Shown in pieces: positions 38,836 to 52,935 of a DNA stretch of 64,000 bases (position 1 is the first letter of the stretch; each line of letters opens with the position of its first letter). Below the pieces are notes generated by a model. It did no database searches. It worked only from the letters and a program-made list of their open reading frames with translations, and was not told the origin of the DNA. The translations under genes and the position numbers were made by a program. The DNA comes from Mizuhopecten yessoensis (taxonomy: Eukaryota). Location of the stretch: the NCBI RefSeq assembly GCF_002113885.1, contig NW_018408889.1, positions 416,383 to 480,382 of the forward strand, written 5' to 3'.

Positions 38836-41800
38836 GTAAAAGCTTGTGAATGAATGGTGGACAAAGTTAAAACAACATAAAAATAAAGCTTTGGAAATTT
38901 TTTGCGATATAGTGATATTTCATTTCTGTATTGTGATGAGATATGATATGCCCATGTAAGGCAATATGGTTTACCGATATTTTGTGACAGCCGTTGTATT
39001 AATTTCATTTTGTCCGACTAAGTATGGATTAATAGCATCCATTGACAAGATCGTATTTGCTAGTCGTAGGATGTGTACTGAATGAGATGTGATGATAGTT
39101 CAGCAGTGGCCATATAATAGGTATTTTTGTATCAGAATAACTTGGTATGCTGTGTTTTAGTCATAGCGTATAGGGAAAGATCAACAGTAAGCAGACTAGA
39201 TTCAATATCGAAATATCTTCATTGTTGTGTAGGTTTTGGGTTAAGCAGATGTTCCAGTCCCTAAAAACTGAACATATAATTTTTTTTGCCGTTTTAGTGA
39301 CTGACAGGAGTTTTCATTAATCTTGTGAAAAGGCCCTGGAATCCAGGGTTTCTTCCAAACACAAATGCGGTGGACTGCTGAGGAAATGGCCTCTGGTCAT
39401 GATCAGTTTTCACATCTTTGATCTTTCAGTGGATAAGACAGCAATACATACATTTATATACCAAGTAGATAATCGATTTTCAAATCAAAATGTTTTCTCA
39501 AAGTATTGATGCACAAATGCAATGTTGTGTGAACATTCCTTGTAGGGTTGCAGGAAATGTTGATTTTTTTTTTTTGAATATTTCGTAAACGTGATTCTGC
39601 AATGACATATATGTAGGTGAACAAGCCGCAGACTACAATTCCCATAGCATCTGGGGTATCTTTAGATGATCTGTTGAGGTGCCTGATTGTGATGTTTGTG
39701 TGTGGCTAAATATATAGATACCCCAGTTGTCATGGTTCATACGTTTCTCATGTTACCATCATCACATTGAATAACAAACTCTTTCCTTGTCACATCGCAG
39801 GGTGATAATTTATATAACGACTGTTGAGATCTATATTTCCTCCATGTCTCGATTGTTATTCAGTCTCGTCAGCTTTATTTATGGTAGATATATATATATA
39901 TATATATATGCTAATGTGTTTAGCCCTGACTGTAGATGGTTTCAGCGTACAGTTGAACTTAATGGGGTGGATGTTGGGCAGCATTTGGGGAAGGTAGATC
40001 TATACATTGTAGAATTGCTCAGGGAATTTTCAGCAGCATTTAAGGAAGATGATACTGTTGCTATGGTGATCACAGACAACCGTAGATGATGATTGCAGAG
40101 TCCTTTAGTGTTATATGAAGAAATCATTGGTGCTATATAGGCGTTGTTGGGATGTTAGAAATCATTGAAGGCAAATTGTTTGTTCCTACGGTGTTCATAA
40201 ACCTTGCAGTTTTTTCAGAAATGTGTAGGTGTTGGTGGGATGATCCTTTATATTCTGTGATAGAGGTGTAGGAGTAACAATCAATAGGAATTAAATGAGT
40301 TACAAAAGATAAATTGTCGTAGCTTCCCCTCACTGATTGTCCCGAGATTAGCGTTTTAGCGAAATAGTGATATGTAATCCTTCGAGATTTTGAATTCAGG
40401 TCGAGTACCTACAATGTGTGGGCTTGAATTGTTAACTCCGGTTATTGATGTTTCTTTCTCTTTGTTCATAGGACTGGATGTGTGCCTTCCCCGTGTGTGC
40501 GTGGATTTTCTTTTTTAACTTTGCTTGATCTCTGAAATAATCCATCTATATGTAAGCTGTTTGATAAAGGCTTATGGAGGATACATGTACATGCACTGAG
40601 ATTTGATTGAAATAAGAAATTTTCACAGAAATGTCACAGTTCCTCAAAAAGAATTGTGCAATTTTGTCTTTTGAAAAATAAAGGATGAAGTTTCTTTTAT
40701 GAGTTGAACTTTCAAACAAAGCATTAAAGGATTTTTAATAGCATATATAAAGTACAAATTTCCATAACAAATATTCAGCAATAAGCCCACGCTTGATCAT
40801 AAGCCCAGTTGTATCTTTTGCAGTTCAGTTTAAGTTTAACCATCACCTGATATTTCCTTGTCGTTATAAGCCCATCCCTCTACTTAATGTAACAGGTAAA
40901 GATGTAAAACAATGGGAATTTTGAAAGAAAACTTGACATTTTATGTTACTTTTTGAATTTTTCATTCATTGAAAATGTTCATAAGCAGTTCAAACTTTGC
41001 TGAAACTCAGTCCAACTCAAAAATATATTTTATGGAAACATGACGGTGATGATGTTAAAGATTTTTCGATCTTTCAACAGTTTTGTACGTATACACACAT
41101 AACACATGCTTTTGTATCAGAGAAACGACAGACTGACCTTCACATACACCTGTACAGTGCAGTATTCATTTGTTAGGTACAAAATACAATTACACTATAC
41201 TTTTATACTTTAATTCTCTGTTTTGTTTACAATATTATTCTTAGATATTTCCTTATGCACAAACCATATAGTACATAAGAGTACATTATATGTAGCAAAA
41301 TATCACCATTCGATAGTTGTCTGTATAAGTTTGTCATATATTACTCGTTGTGCATTCAAATAGAATATTTTGATGTGCATGACATCACAAATCAAAGGCA
41401 AACAACAACTTATAGGGTTTCTTTCATTTCTTTTCAAGTCTTGATATTCGTAAAATGTGCTCTTCATGTATTGGATTTTATAGGATATTTGTATACGATA
41501 TACTAATTTCAAACTTGTTCGAATTCCCATTCAGTCTTTCTGCTGTGAAAGGGAAACTTGTTTTAAATCCAATATAAACATTTAATGACCGGAGAAAACA
41601 ACCCGGAACTGTATTGATGTTTTAGAAACTCTGAAGGATCTCTCAGGAAGCAGTACGTTCTGATATGCTGGTACAGTTATTCGTCAGAAACAGCACGTTT
41701 TCTGCAACCCATTAACGAAAATACGATTTGGCAGTTAAATACAAATGCAGGCAATCTACAAGAGCATTGATTTGATTAGGTTTTGGCAGAAGCCAAGAGG

Positions 41801-42299
41801 GAGAAGCCTGTTATTACATTCAAAAACTTTAAAAAAGTTATTAGAAACAGCTATTTTGCCGGTGTAGGGAAACAATACTTATTCCATTAGTCTTCGGAGG
41901 TTTCAATTATGTTTCATGTTTGTTTTTATCAGTTGATTGAATTTTACCTTGGCCATCATAATGTTGGAATATATTGGGATTATAACACCGCTTCTGTTTG
42001 TAATGTCTACCACCTGTTTTTCACTGAAGAAACATGTTGACAATTAATATATTATTCCCAGTAATGTTTTCAGATATCGATAACTATTGTTTGGTGGTTC
42101 ATATATATCCTGTCACTGTGCAGCTCCTATACGGTATCCTTGTGTATTGAAATAACTTTATTAATATCGGTATACTTGGTCATGAACAACGTAGTTGGCC
42201 ATCAACCTCCATCCCGATCAGTCGCTTTGTTGATACATCTATAGTAATCATCTACAATCTTATTTATTATTCATCCTCAATGAAATTGCTGACCATTCA

Positions 42300-42390
42300 T
42301 TAACTCATTCACCCCTGAATACACATTTGAACTCTTCCAATTCAAAGGTTGGAATAGTTCATTGTGAAATTTCAGGGGTGAATGAGTTAA
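42300..42390 (+). mobile_element. ~90-bp TTAA-flanked MITE (copy 2)
   Basis: ttaactcattcacccctgaa...ttcaggggtgaatgagttaa, perfect TIR. Confidence 0.92.
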
Positions 42391-42839
42391 TGATTGTAAC
42401 CAAACTCCTGACCAAACTCCGTCCTGAGTGACCTAATCGATAATCTTATATTACCGTATGTATTCAGCAATAAGTCCATGCCTGGTAATAAGCCCTGACC
42501 CATGTCAAATACAGTTAAGTAGCAATACAAACAACTGCTGGCTTATTGTCCTTCAATAAGCCCACCCCCTTCTGTAAGTCGAAGTTTATTTGATGGCGTC
42601 CATGGCTTATTGCAGGATAAACATGTGAGTTAAGACAAGTGTATGGGTTCTGGGACGACTTGTATAAGACATCTCAAAGTTGAGGAAAGTCTCAAGCAGT
42701 GTGTTGTCTATGGGAGATCTTAGACTTGAGGGAATCTGAACAGTTGAGATGTTTTATACAAGTGGGGCCTGATATAACTTAAGATTTAGTGATATGTCTT
42801 TTGCTCAGGGATATTATATTTACCTCTCTGTTTTTGCAG

Positions 42840-42917
42840 CAATGCCGAGGGAAGTACCAGCGAGCTATCCTCTATGTTTCTGGTGACGCCCTCAGAGTGG
42901 TGGATGAGATTAGTAAG
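42840..42917 (+). CDS. numb: numb PTB exon (QCRGKYQRAILYVSGDALRVVDEISK)
   Basis: tttttgcag acceptor, AAG|gtatgt, 78 nt; matches A.L.VS.D.LRVVDE..K. Confidence 0.96.
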
Positions 42918-43545
42918 GTATGTACATCTATATTTTTCACTGTCAGTGGGGCGGTACAGAATTTTTGTTGTCAAATTTATGCATCCACAGTGATGAATCT
43001 GAACACCTTAACTTCTGATATTGCTAACCTTTCCATGAGTTCTGCATCTCATGCAGCATAATTCATGTGAAATTACTGAGGAGAGGTCGAAAACACCAAA
43101 AGAAATAGATTCATATTCCAGAATCCTTATCAGCGTTTACACCCAGAAAACAAAATATAATCGTCTAAAATTCAGAGCTGTCGAAATATGAGTTTATTTA
43201 CTGTAGGAAGATTTTGATGATCTACAGTACTGGAATGTAAAACTGGATTACTTACATGTAATGATCAACCTAGGTGTTAGACAGCAGACATCAATTATCT
43301 GGGAACACCAAGGTAGTGACGGACTCTCAGTCTTCTGGTGTCTTCTTGTGGGACTGTAAAATCTAGCTTTGACATGGGCCGTCAAAATTATATATCAGCC
43401 TCATTGATTCCCTCCTTGTAAATATTATCAACAATTTTGCATGAAAGCTTGGGTAAGCTTATTGAGGCAAAACCTAATTTTACTTTGTACTTTGAATTGA
43501 ACACCTGTTACTGACAGTGCCATGACCAAATGGACAGCAAATGCA

Positions 43546-43635
43546 TTAACTCATTACCCCTGAAGACACATTTGAACTCTTTCCATTCAAATGTTTGAAT
43601 AGTTCATTATGAAATTTCAGGGGTGAATGAGTTAA
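43546..43635 (+). mobile_element. ~90-bp TTAA-flanked MITE (copy 3)
   Basis: Same family as 42300. Confidence 0.9.
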
Positions 43636-45910
43636 CGTCACTAAGTTACATGTGTCTGTAGACAAATATCATGTCAGGCTCTCTGGCAAATTTATACCAA
43701 GGTCACGATAACCCTTCAAATTAACACAGTATGAAATATCATCTGTTTTCTGAACAGTTGGTTCTTCAAAGCAAAACCACATCCTGTCCAGGAAGAGCTC
43801 GCCCTCAAATAGGCAGTTATATCTCAATGTGTACCACTATCAATTGTAGGTCACTGTGACCTATATTTTGTGCTTCGCTGACTTTGTTAGACCTAACATT
43901 GCACACGTTTTCTTTGGTTAGAATTTGTGTTTCCTTCCATTTCCATCAAAGTGGGTCATATTTATTACATGTTGTCCTTATACCCTGTGTAATTTAACAG
44001 TCAGCTAAGGACAATTTTGCTTATTCTGTTACATGTTGACAACAAAACCTTTTAGCAACATAAGGTCTTTTATGGCAGAATTCACTTTCAAGGAATGAAA
44101 AAAAAGGTCAGGTCATCGGTTGATAAAACAATTTATGTTTAAGTAAAATAGAAAAATTATACCGTCCTGTCAACTCACAAAGACAAAATTGAAGCTCAAA
44201 GCTCTCACAGAAAACAACAATAGAAACGGAAGCAACCACAAAGCAGAAGGGAATGCATCATCAGCCCGATCAAAAGTCAGATTCATTGCTTGCCCATTTT
44301 GATTTGTGCCACTATCCTGACCAATCTACTGTTACATCGTACACGCTGTTCGTTTGAGGATTTTGTAGGGCCAGCCTGTGGTTTAGTACTGTAAGCTATT
44401 ACACACCGATCAATAACGCTGTTCAATCATTGTCACCAAATTACAAAGAATTTCTTATCAGTCTGGGTACGGTAAGAATCTTGGAAATATGTTCACAGAG
44501 TTATTATGGGATCAATATTGCGAATCTCGGTAAAACTGATATTTAGTTCAGAAGATTTTTTTTTTTCCTGAAGTGGATGCACCATGCTGTATGTTGTAAT
44601 TTATTGAAATGAAATCATTTTACATGTGCACTGATGAACCTATCAGATTGGTGTTGGTGGGTCTCGCAGTACCTGGACTTTGTTTTGAAATAAATATGTC
44701 TTCATACTTACTTCTACCTTCCATTTATTCAAGGGCTGATTTGTAATAATAGAGTTTTGTATTATCAAATACAGTTGTATATATCTTTCCATCACTTCCA
44801 TATATGCATGCAATTGAGAAATACAGGAAATTTAAAAAAAGAAATGATATTTAGGGTTCAAGAAACTAAAAGGAAAGACAAACAACTCTGCATGTGTTAC
44901 AATGATTTATAAATTAAATTAAGAACTCTTTCAATCAGTTCCATATGCATACAGTGGAGAAAATACAGGAAGTTTGAAAAATAGACGATATGGAGGGTTC
45001 AGGAAACTAACGGGAAGGACAAACTCTGCGCGTGTGATAATGGTTTATGAATTAAGAACCATCATATATTGTGGACATATTCATCTACTGGTCGTTATAA
45101 TTATCGCAGTGCATATGCGTCACATCATCTACCTGTGTGCATATTCATTAGATCAATGTTGGGTAATGAATCACCATGGGAGGGCTTGCTGTGGCCTATC
45201 TAGTTCTGTAAACAGGTGATCTCCGGCTGATTAGTGCCTATATTTAGACTGACCAGGTAAATCATTAACGTGGCTAATAGCAAATTTATTTCAAGGTATA
45301 AGCTGCTGGTGATTTGATCAGGTAACGGACAGTTTATGTCACGAGCAAGATGAAACTGTGGGTAGTCTTTGGGGATGAATTAATCCTAGCAGGCAGGACT
45401 AATGACGAAGCCGTCCAAAGGACCTAGACTTTTAATTAAACAAATCCACTGATCTATTCATAAACGATCAATAGAAGGATGGTTATAAGGAAAGTTCATC
45501 ACTGTTAAAGAACGTTTTGGGTCAACTGCATCATGCAGTGCTGACTGAAATGCTGGGTTTTCAATAAGACAACTACGCATTTTTTCCTTGAAATGCAAGT
45601 TTGGTTTTGGATAGGAATGCAGGATGGTAGCTTCCCTAGTGAAATATGAAACAAAAATGGTGACTACCTTTGTTTACACCCCTTGTTTTACATCAAAGCC
45701 GCATGTCTGATGTTATCGCGTGCATGATATCGCTCATTTGATCTCTAGCTGCCTCTAGAATTTAGCTACGCAATCACATAGTTTAAGCATTTTGCTGTAT
45801 ATTTGAGATGCAAACATGAAATGATACACAAACAAACTTGAGCACACCTCCTTTTGCACGGTAAGTTCTATTTTTGTACAGCTAAATGGGTAACTTCATA
45901 CTGTTATGAA

Positions 45911-46105
45911 GGTCGGTTGGCGTAGTTGATAACGCACCGGCCTTTCTCCAAGGCGGCTGGGGCTGTCAATAAATATATATAGGGCTACCTGCCTTACTGC
46001 ATTACCTGCCTTTACTATGGTTTAATTTTTCCTCCCACATTAAGACTCCCCCCCCCCATCCCTCAGCAAAAGTGATTAATATATGTTGAAATAACTTGCT
46101 TCATA
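45911..46105 (+). mobile_element. Degenerate SINE family A copy
   Basis: ggtcggttggcgtagttgataacgc head; ttcctcccacattaagactccc core; gttgaaataacttg tail. Confidence 0.65.
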
Positions 46106-46605
46106 ATTCACATGTAAACCGTTAATAGACTATACGGTATCAAGATGTTGATGCTCTATTTTATAAATATTATACTGATTGCGAAAATATACATTGTAAC
46201 AATATCAGGATTGGAACAGGTGTATTGTTTATATTAAACAAGTTTTAAATAGGTTGTTGATCCCGAGAATGGGTCTAGTTGTTGTGCGCGTTTCTCAGAT
46301 TGTCCTTTTATATAACTATTGGAGACGGAACAGGGGTTATAGATGGGCGTCTATACGTGGTATATCTAGGCAATCATTGGTACTTGCTCTCCGTAATCAA
46401 TCTGAACTGTCGATATTAATCTGGTAGGGATCCCCAGTTAGCAGTAGTCACTGGTTTAATTTGTGTAAACGGTATGTGAGGCCACCAGGTCAGGACATCG
46501 ATGGCAAATTCATCAGGACTTGCAACTGATGATAGATGAGAATACGTAGGTCAGTCAGGCTGCTCCGGTCCACCTGTACTTAAGTATACTTACATGTGTG
46601 CAAAC

Positions 46606-46695
46606 TTAACTCATTGACCCCTGAAGACACATGTGAACTCTTCCAATTCAAATGATGGTAAACTTTATTTTCAATTTCAGGGGTGAATGAGTTAA
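46606..46695 (+). mobile_element. ~90-bp TTAA-flanked MITE (copy 4)
   Basis: ttaactcattgacccctgaa...ttcaggggtgaatgagttaa. Confidence 0.9.
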
Positions 46696-48275
46696 CTACA
46701 GGTTGCGATTTTGTTTATTGTAACCAACGGTAGTAAAAGGGACATTGACCCGAGACTGAAATGGCTGCAAGACGGCAGAGGTTGGTTAACCATGTCTTGT
46801 CTAGCAGGAATAGAGAGTCGCACAGGGTTGGGTATAGATATTATTGAACTGAGCCTTACACAGAGTTCCGGCATATCTTGGGCTAGATTGAAGATTAAAA
46901 AAGTATGAGATGTCTGCTGTCGTTCCTTCAGTGAGATTGACCATACATCCCTCTGTGTATGATCAAGAGGTGTTCCTGATGACACCATATATATATATAC
47001 ATATAATACCGTACGCGTAGTAATCCACAGTCAAAGGTTGTCTGCTGTAAAAAAACCATTTGGAACAATGTCAATGTTATTTTAATGTTTTCTCTTGCCT
47101 GAGGATACTGCAGCTGTGTGACATATGATTCCAACCGGTGACCCTACGATCTGGTGCCCGAAGCTCTTGTGAGTTGATCAGGAAGTGCAGCAATTAAATA
47201 ATTTAGGACCTGAAATGTTCACACACACTAACAGGACAGGCACTGCCAGGCAGCACAATGAATTGTATTTCTTCATCATACCTGTATATTTTTCCCTTCC
47301 TTACTGTATCAAAATAAAAATGTGTCCCTTAAACCAGCCAAAACAAGTATTGATTAACAGATTTCTTTCCTTTGTTGGTCCAAAACTTGTCTCAGCAATA
47401 TTACCTGAACAAGATATTTAATAAAATTTGATCTTATGCATTGCTTTCAGAGTGCATACTAATGTTTTCAATTAACACAAATTAAGCATTATTCCTTTTT
47501 TTCAAACTGATTATTTATCCGGATAAATTAGGAGAAATATATTTTTTTGATTGGAAATAGGTATGTTACTAAAAAGTGTACGTCTGTTGTGTTACTGGGA
47601 GAGGGGGTGTTGTGATACATCACTTTCTGTCAAGGTCACGATATTAGTCTTGTTTTCCATACCATATTGCAGGTAATCAGTGGGAGATATTAGGAGAGCA
47701 TGTTTTGTCTTGTATTTAAGTCCTGAATTGTTACAGCACTCAAACTCTGCTACTTAAATGACTGATCTATCATGATTTGTAAATTCGTGTCCTGAATTGT
47801 GCAGCCCATGCTCAGAAAACATGCCTCTTAAAAGACATAACTATTGTGATTGTAAATTGGTGTCCTAAGTTGTAACAGCACGGAACCTGTAGAGTACACT
47901 TCCATTGTGTGTAGGTGGAGAATGGCATTGGTTAGCAGAGACATCTAGAAGGATGCAAATCCCTAGCTTCCAGTAACCCAAATAGTATTAAACCTTCTAG
48001 CTTAGATAACACATGAATGCATTTTTGTGGAGTTTTATAAACAGACTGAAATTGATTGTGAATGAGACCCGTTGCACACAGTATCTGGGGGAACCCATTC
48101 ATATTCATTCCTAGTTCGATAGAATTGCTACCTGGCTCCTGCAAGAGGCTGCAAATGCAACAGAATTGATGGATCCATCTCCTCCCCTTGGCTGGCCATG
48201 GTTGCACACCGGGAGACCTGTCCCCGTACGAGGCAGTGCCAGAGACAATTGGTATTTATGTGTTCGTGAGGACAC

Positions 48276-48931
48276 GGTGCTGCAAGGTCACGGTGCAGGC
48301 GTGCTACCCTCAGGAATGTCAAGTACACGTAGCTCTGGTGCTGCAAGGTGATCACGGTGCAGGCGTGCTACCCTCAGGAATGTCAAGTACACGTAGCTCT
48401 GGTGCTGCAAAGTCACGGTGCAGGCATGCTACCCTCAGGAATGTCAAGTGCACGTAACCCTGGTGCTGCAAGGTCACGGTGCAGGCGTGCTCCCCTCAGG
48501 AATGTCTACACGTAGCTCTGGTGCTGCAAGGTCACGGTGCAGGCATGCTACCCTCAGGAATGTCAAGTTCACGTAACCCTGGTGCTGCAAGGTCACGGTG
48601 CAGGCGTGCTCCCCTCAGGAATGTCAAGTACACGTAGCCCTGGTGCTGCAAGGTCACGGTGCAGGCGTTCTCCCCTCAGGAATGTCTACACGTAGCTCTG
48701 GTGCTGCAAGGTCACGGTGCAGGCATGCTACCCTCAGGAATGTCAAGTACGCGGAGCTCTGGTGCTGCAAGGTCACCGTGCAGGCATGCTACCCTCAGTA
48801 ATGTCAAGTACACGTAGCTCTGGTGCTGCAAGGTCACCGTGCAGGCATGCTACCCTCAGGAATGTCAAGTACACATAGCTCTGGTGCTGCAAGGTCCCGG
48901 TGCAGGTATGCTGCCCTCAGGAATGTCAAGT
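48276..48931. repeat. 61-bp GC-rich minisatellite, ~11 copies
   Basis: Unit ggtgctgcaaggtcacggtgcaggc(g/a)tgctaccctcaggaatgtcaagtacacgtagctct. Confidence 0.97.
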
Positions 48932-49316
48932 AGAATTAAATGGTGCAGACTTTTTCCCATTTGTATTTCATTGCCAGATCAACCCCTATGTAAACTATGT
49001 TGGACCGTTGCCATGTTTGGTAGTACAAGGGAATGTTGCTTCTGGAAATATTTGAGATGGTATCACTTAGTCTGCCATATATACACACATTGTGTTATTG
49101 GAGTACAATGATAAAATGTGATTTATATTTTGCTGTAAAATACAATAAAACCTACATATGGCTTAATGACACTATATTTCAATGTCCTCTTTTAGGTTTT
49201 TATGCCCCCGCCATAAAATTTTGGGGGGAGGGAGGGGGGTATATAGTGTTGCCCATGTTCGTCCCGTCAAACATCAAACACTGAAACTAATTTCACATGA
49301 TGATAGCCCCCCCCCC

Positions 49317-49324
49317 NNNNNNNN
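49317..49324. other. Assembly gap (8 N) inside a poly-C run
   Basis: cccccc nnnnnnnn cccccccc. Confidence 0.99.
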
Positions 49325-50729
49325 CCCCCCCCCAAATCTTACAGACATTTTCTAGTTTCTTAACAATGCCTTTCTGTTTAATGCTGTAAACATAAGCATC
49401 AAAATGTACAGACAAACCTTGTCAGGTGTATTTCTTAACTCCATGAAAATAATACAATATAAACAGATTTAGAGATTTCATTATTCGAGACTCAGGCATA
49501 GCTTGACAAAGGGAGACCAGTTGGTTTACAGATTTAATACATGCGTTTTTTTGTGTATAAAGTCAAACTTTGATATAACATATTTCCAAAAAAGATGAAT
49601 CTTATTGAAGATATGGAGTTCAAACATATAAATATTCATTGTTATAGAGACTCAAATTGACTTCATTACAAACAAGTTACTTCAGATATCCAACTTTGTA
49701 ATGATGAAATTGACTGTACATGTATGTGAGATTCAGTCTATTCCAATTTTCATTTCTGTCTGGAGCTTAACTTGAATCTTTAATCAGACCATGCCTGTTT
49801 ACATTGTTTAAAGGTCAGGGTCACTGCAGAATACTAATTGTACAAAATTTACATTGATTTTAGATCAGTTCCCAGGGCTGATCTGTCGTAATGATAACAC
49901 TTCAACTCCAATCCTTTCATTAGCCCCCATCCTATGATGCTGTACTAGAACAGTATAATCGGCTTCCGTTCTCTCATTGGTCCCTCGTCATTTACTGCTG
50001 TACTACAGTATGAACTGTCCTATCCGCTCATTGTACTCATTTACTGCTGTACTGCAGTATCACTTGGGAACTGCAAGATAAACTCTCCCCACGAAACATA
50101 AGTTTGCACTTAGAACCTTTTCAGATGTTATGTCTTTGTTACTGATCACTGCCTCACAGTGGTGTGTTACTGTCGGAGCTGCAGATATATGTATATATGC
50201 TTATACACTGACAAAGATGAACATGTATACAAACATAAACAAAATACTGGAAATTTGCATATTTTGTAAGCAATAAATTGGCTGCCTATAGTTTGTGTAA
50301 ACGCATGTTGTGGCCGTATTAGAAAATAAAAAGCTTACGATGAATCATGGAAGAGATATATGTTACACAGTAAAAAGTTGAATTAATTATTAGGAATGTA
50401 TGTACTTAAATTAATTGATTTAATTGTGTACATGTTTAATCAATACTTTTCACACCTAATCGACAGATCTATGCATCTGTCCTGAATACTAAATAAGAAA
50501 AAGAGTTTCTGAAAATTAGTTGGCTTTCTTCAGAGTTTCCGCTGAATATTGTTTGCAAACATGACAATTCAAGTGCAAACCAGACATACATTCGAAGGGT
50601 TTGACAATTCATTTTTAAATGAGTTCTGTATCTCTGTAAATGGATGTGGAACACTACTGAGTTGTTAAAAAAAATCTACTCCTAGGATATTTGGATTTTC
50701 AGAAAGTGTAGAAATGTAAACTTTATTTT

Positions 50730-50840
50730 AACTAATATTAATTACTCTTGTTGGCACCGATGGGAGCATGTGCATAGGGTGTTCTTGTGGAAAGAAAATG
50801 GGAGTAACCGAGGAAAACCCACATGGTTGGGGCAGATGAT
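50730..50840 (-). mobile_element. Truncated SINE family A-like copy
   Basis: actcttgttggc...ggagtaaccgaggaaaacccac. Confidence 0.6.
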
Positions 50841-52794
50841 TCGAGACCTTTCTCAAGCAATTTTTCAGAAAATGTTGAAGCAGATTTATAACTAACAATG
50901 ACAATAGCGATATTAAACATCAGTCACTTGTTAGGACTGAATCTTAATTATCGGTGGTCGTAGGCTAATGACTTCTGCACTTTCCATGACTAAATCTATA
51001 GAAAACACAAACACATTCACAGAAAGTCGGAACAAATCACGACAGCATGCAGTGTCACAGTAGGATTGTCAGCAGTGCGAGCGGAAAGTCTATGTTGTTC
51101 CCCATTGGAATCAATAGTGGCTGGTTGTAGTATATTCAGGAAGACGCTGGTAAATAACTTTCGTATAGTCTGGCCACGTCCACAATGACATATATCACAA
51201 GTGCATACATATCTCACGGAAGAATAATACCCAGAAAATTGTTGACTGTCGAAAAGGTCAATTGTGATGGAGTTATTATTGAGCCGTTGGCTAAAAGATT
51301 GTATATATTTGTTGATAACACATCAATTTACTGCTAACTAGATGCTGTGTTAGACCCTCATATCTCAAACAGCAATCACAAGGGGAGCAAAAAAGCTGCG
51401 TCAAACACCTGCTGTATACATGATAATAGTTTCCTGTATGTGTTAAATAACACACAGTTAGGGATGTGCTGAACCAGCAGTTTTGAGGCTGGTAGGTACA
51501 TATGTATTACTTCAATTTTCATTGTCGCAAAAAAAATCCCTCCAGGTTTTCTAAAATAGGTGAAAATTACCCAATGTTCAAAAGTAGGTGAAAATTACCC
51601 AATGTTCAAAAGTAGGTGAAAATCACCCCATGTAAATATAAAATTGTAGGTGCTGATGTTTGATTGCTTGTAAGTTGAGTGAGCATGGTGCCATCTCTTA
51701 GGTAGACAAGTTATGACAGTGCTATATCTGAAGTCTGTTAAGGAATCCCATACCACTTCCCAAAACTGTAACTAAGTATTGAAAAATGATTTTTCCAGCA
51801 TGACTGTAGCGTTTATTAATCATTTCTTAAAAGAAAACCATACCTTGCGGGACTTTTATGAGAAATAATAAGGATGAAATAAACAATATATGAATCAACA
51901 ACAGTGTTATGAGAATAAAAATTCAACAGAGTAAGGTCGGGATTCAAACCCTGGACCTCAGATTGTTATACTGTAATGAGCTGTACCTGGTCAACGGAAG
52001 TGTCATGGTCCAACTGTGCTACAGTTATATCCAAACTGAAGTTAATTAGGGGAGGTTACTGTATATAGGAAAAACCGCAGCGCTGTGGGACAGGGGGCCT
52101 TAAATCTGTATCAGCACAGATATCAATGATACAATATCAGGTTTATACAAATAACACAAAGTCCAAGTAAGATCAAGATTGTATTGTTCGTTTCATTTGT
52201 TTCAAATACAAAAGCTACTATATATATATTTACTAAAAAAGTTATAATCTTTGGGTGTAAAAACATTGTTTCAGTGATTGTTACCATAGGCTTAGCAAAA
52301 CCACAAAACTGATGACCAAGTGGGTTGTGTAAAACAGCAAAATGCTTTTAAAATTGTTGTTATATGTATATTTAATGGTTGTTATTACATCAAGCTACAT
52401 GTTAACTATATAGACACATGGTAGTCAAATACAAAATTTTAACAATGAGCGAGCCTGAATTTATTTCATGAAAAACTGTTGCTGAATGTGTCCTACGGTA
52501 GTTAGTATGTACGTGCAAATTAAAATAATGGAAATGATCTTTTGTAATATTTTGCCTTGTACATTTTTTTTAATTCCATTATACATGTATTAGAAATATA
52601 TGAATTTTTGAGCAATATGAATTTTGAAACGAGCTTGATCTTGTTTGTAAACAGAAAAAATCAAAAAATCCTGGTAAGTACTTAATGTGTATATACAACC
52701 CCTTCCACCCCTACCCTAATTTTTCTAGCTGTAAGTTTTGAAACAATAAGATTAGTTATACAGTAAACTTAACCATGATTTCTATTTCTTTCAG

Positions 52795-52935
52795 AGCATG
52801 ATTGTGGATCAGACGATAGAAAAAGTTTCGTTCTGTGCACCTGATCGTAATCATGAAAAAGGTTTCGCATACATTTGTCGTGACGGCACCACCAGACGAT
52901 GGATGTGCCACGGTTTTCTGGCCGTGAAAGAATCC
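52795..52935 (+). CDS. numb: numb PTB exon ([47 protein letters not shown])
   Basis: Near-invariant Numb motif [17 protein letters not shown]...[16 protein letters not shown]; tttcag acceptor, TCC|gtaagt donor; 141 nt. Confidence 0.99.

Noticed and set aside
39940-40480. Possible decayed retroelement coding fragment on the minus strand
   Set aside because: No RT, integrase or transposase motif recognisable; multiple stops
44462-44471. Microexon tcag|TCTGGGTACG|gtaaga
   Set aside because: 10 nt would frameshift numb between phase-0 exons; unsupported without RNA data
48166-49111. Cys-rich repetitive ORFs (QACYPQECQVH)
   Set aside because: Product of a 61-bp (non-triplet) minisatellite that shifts frame every unit
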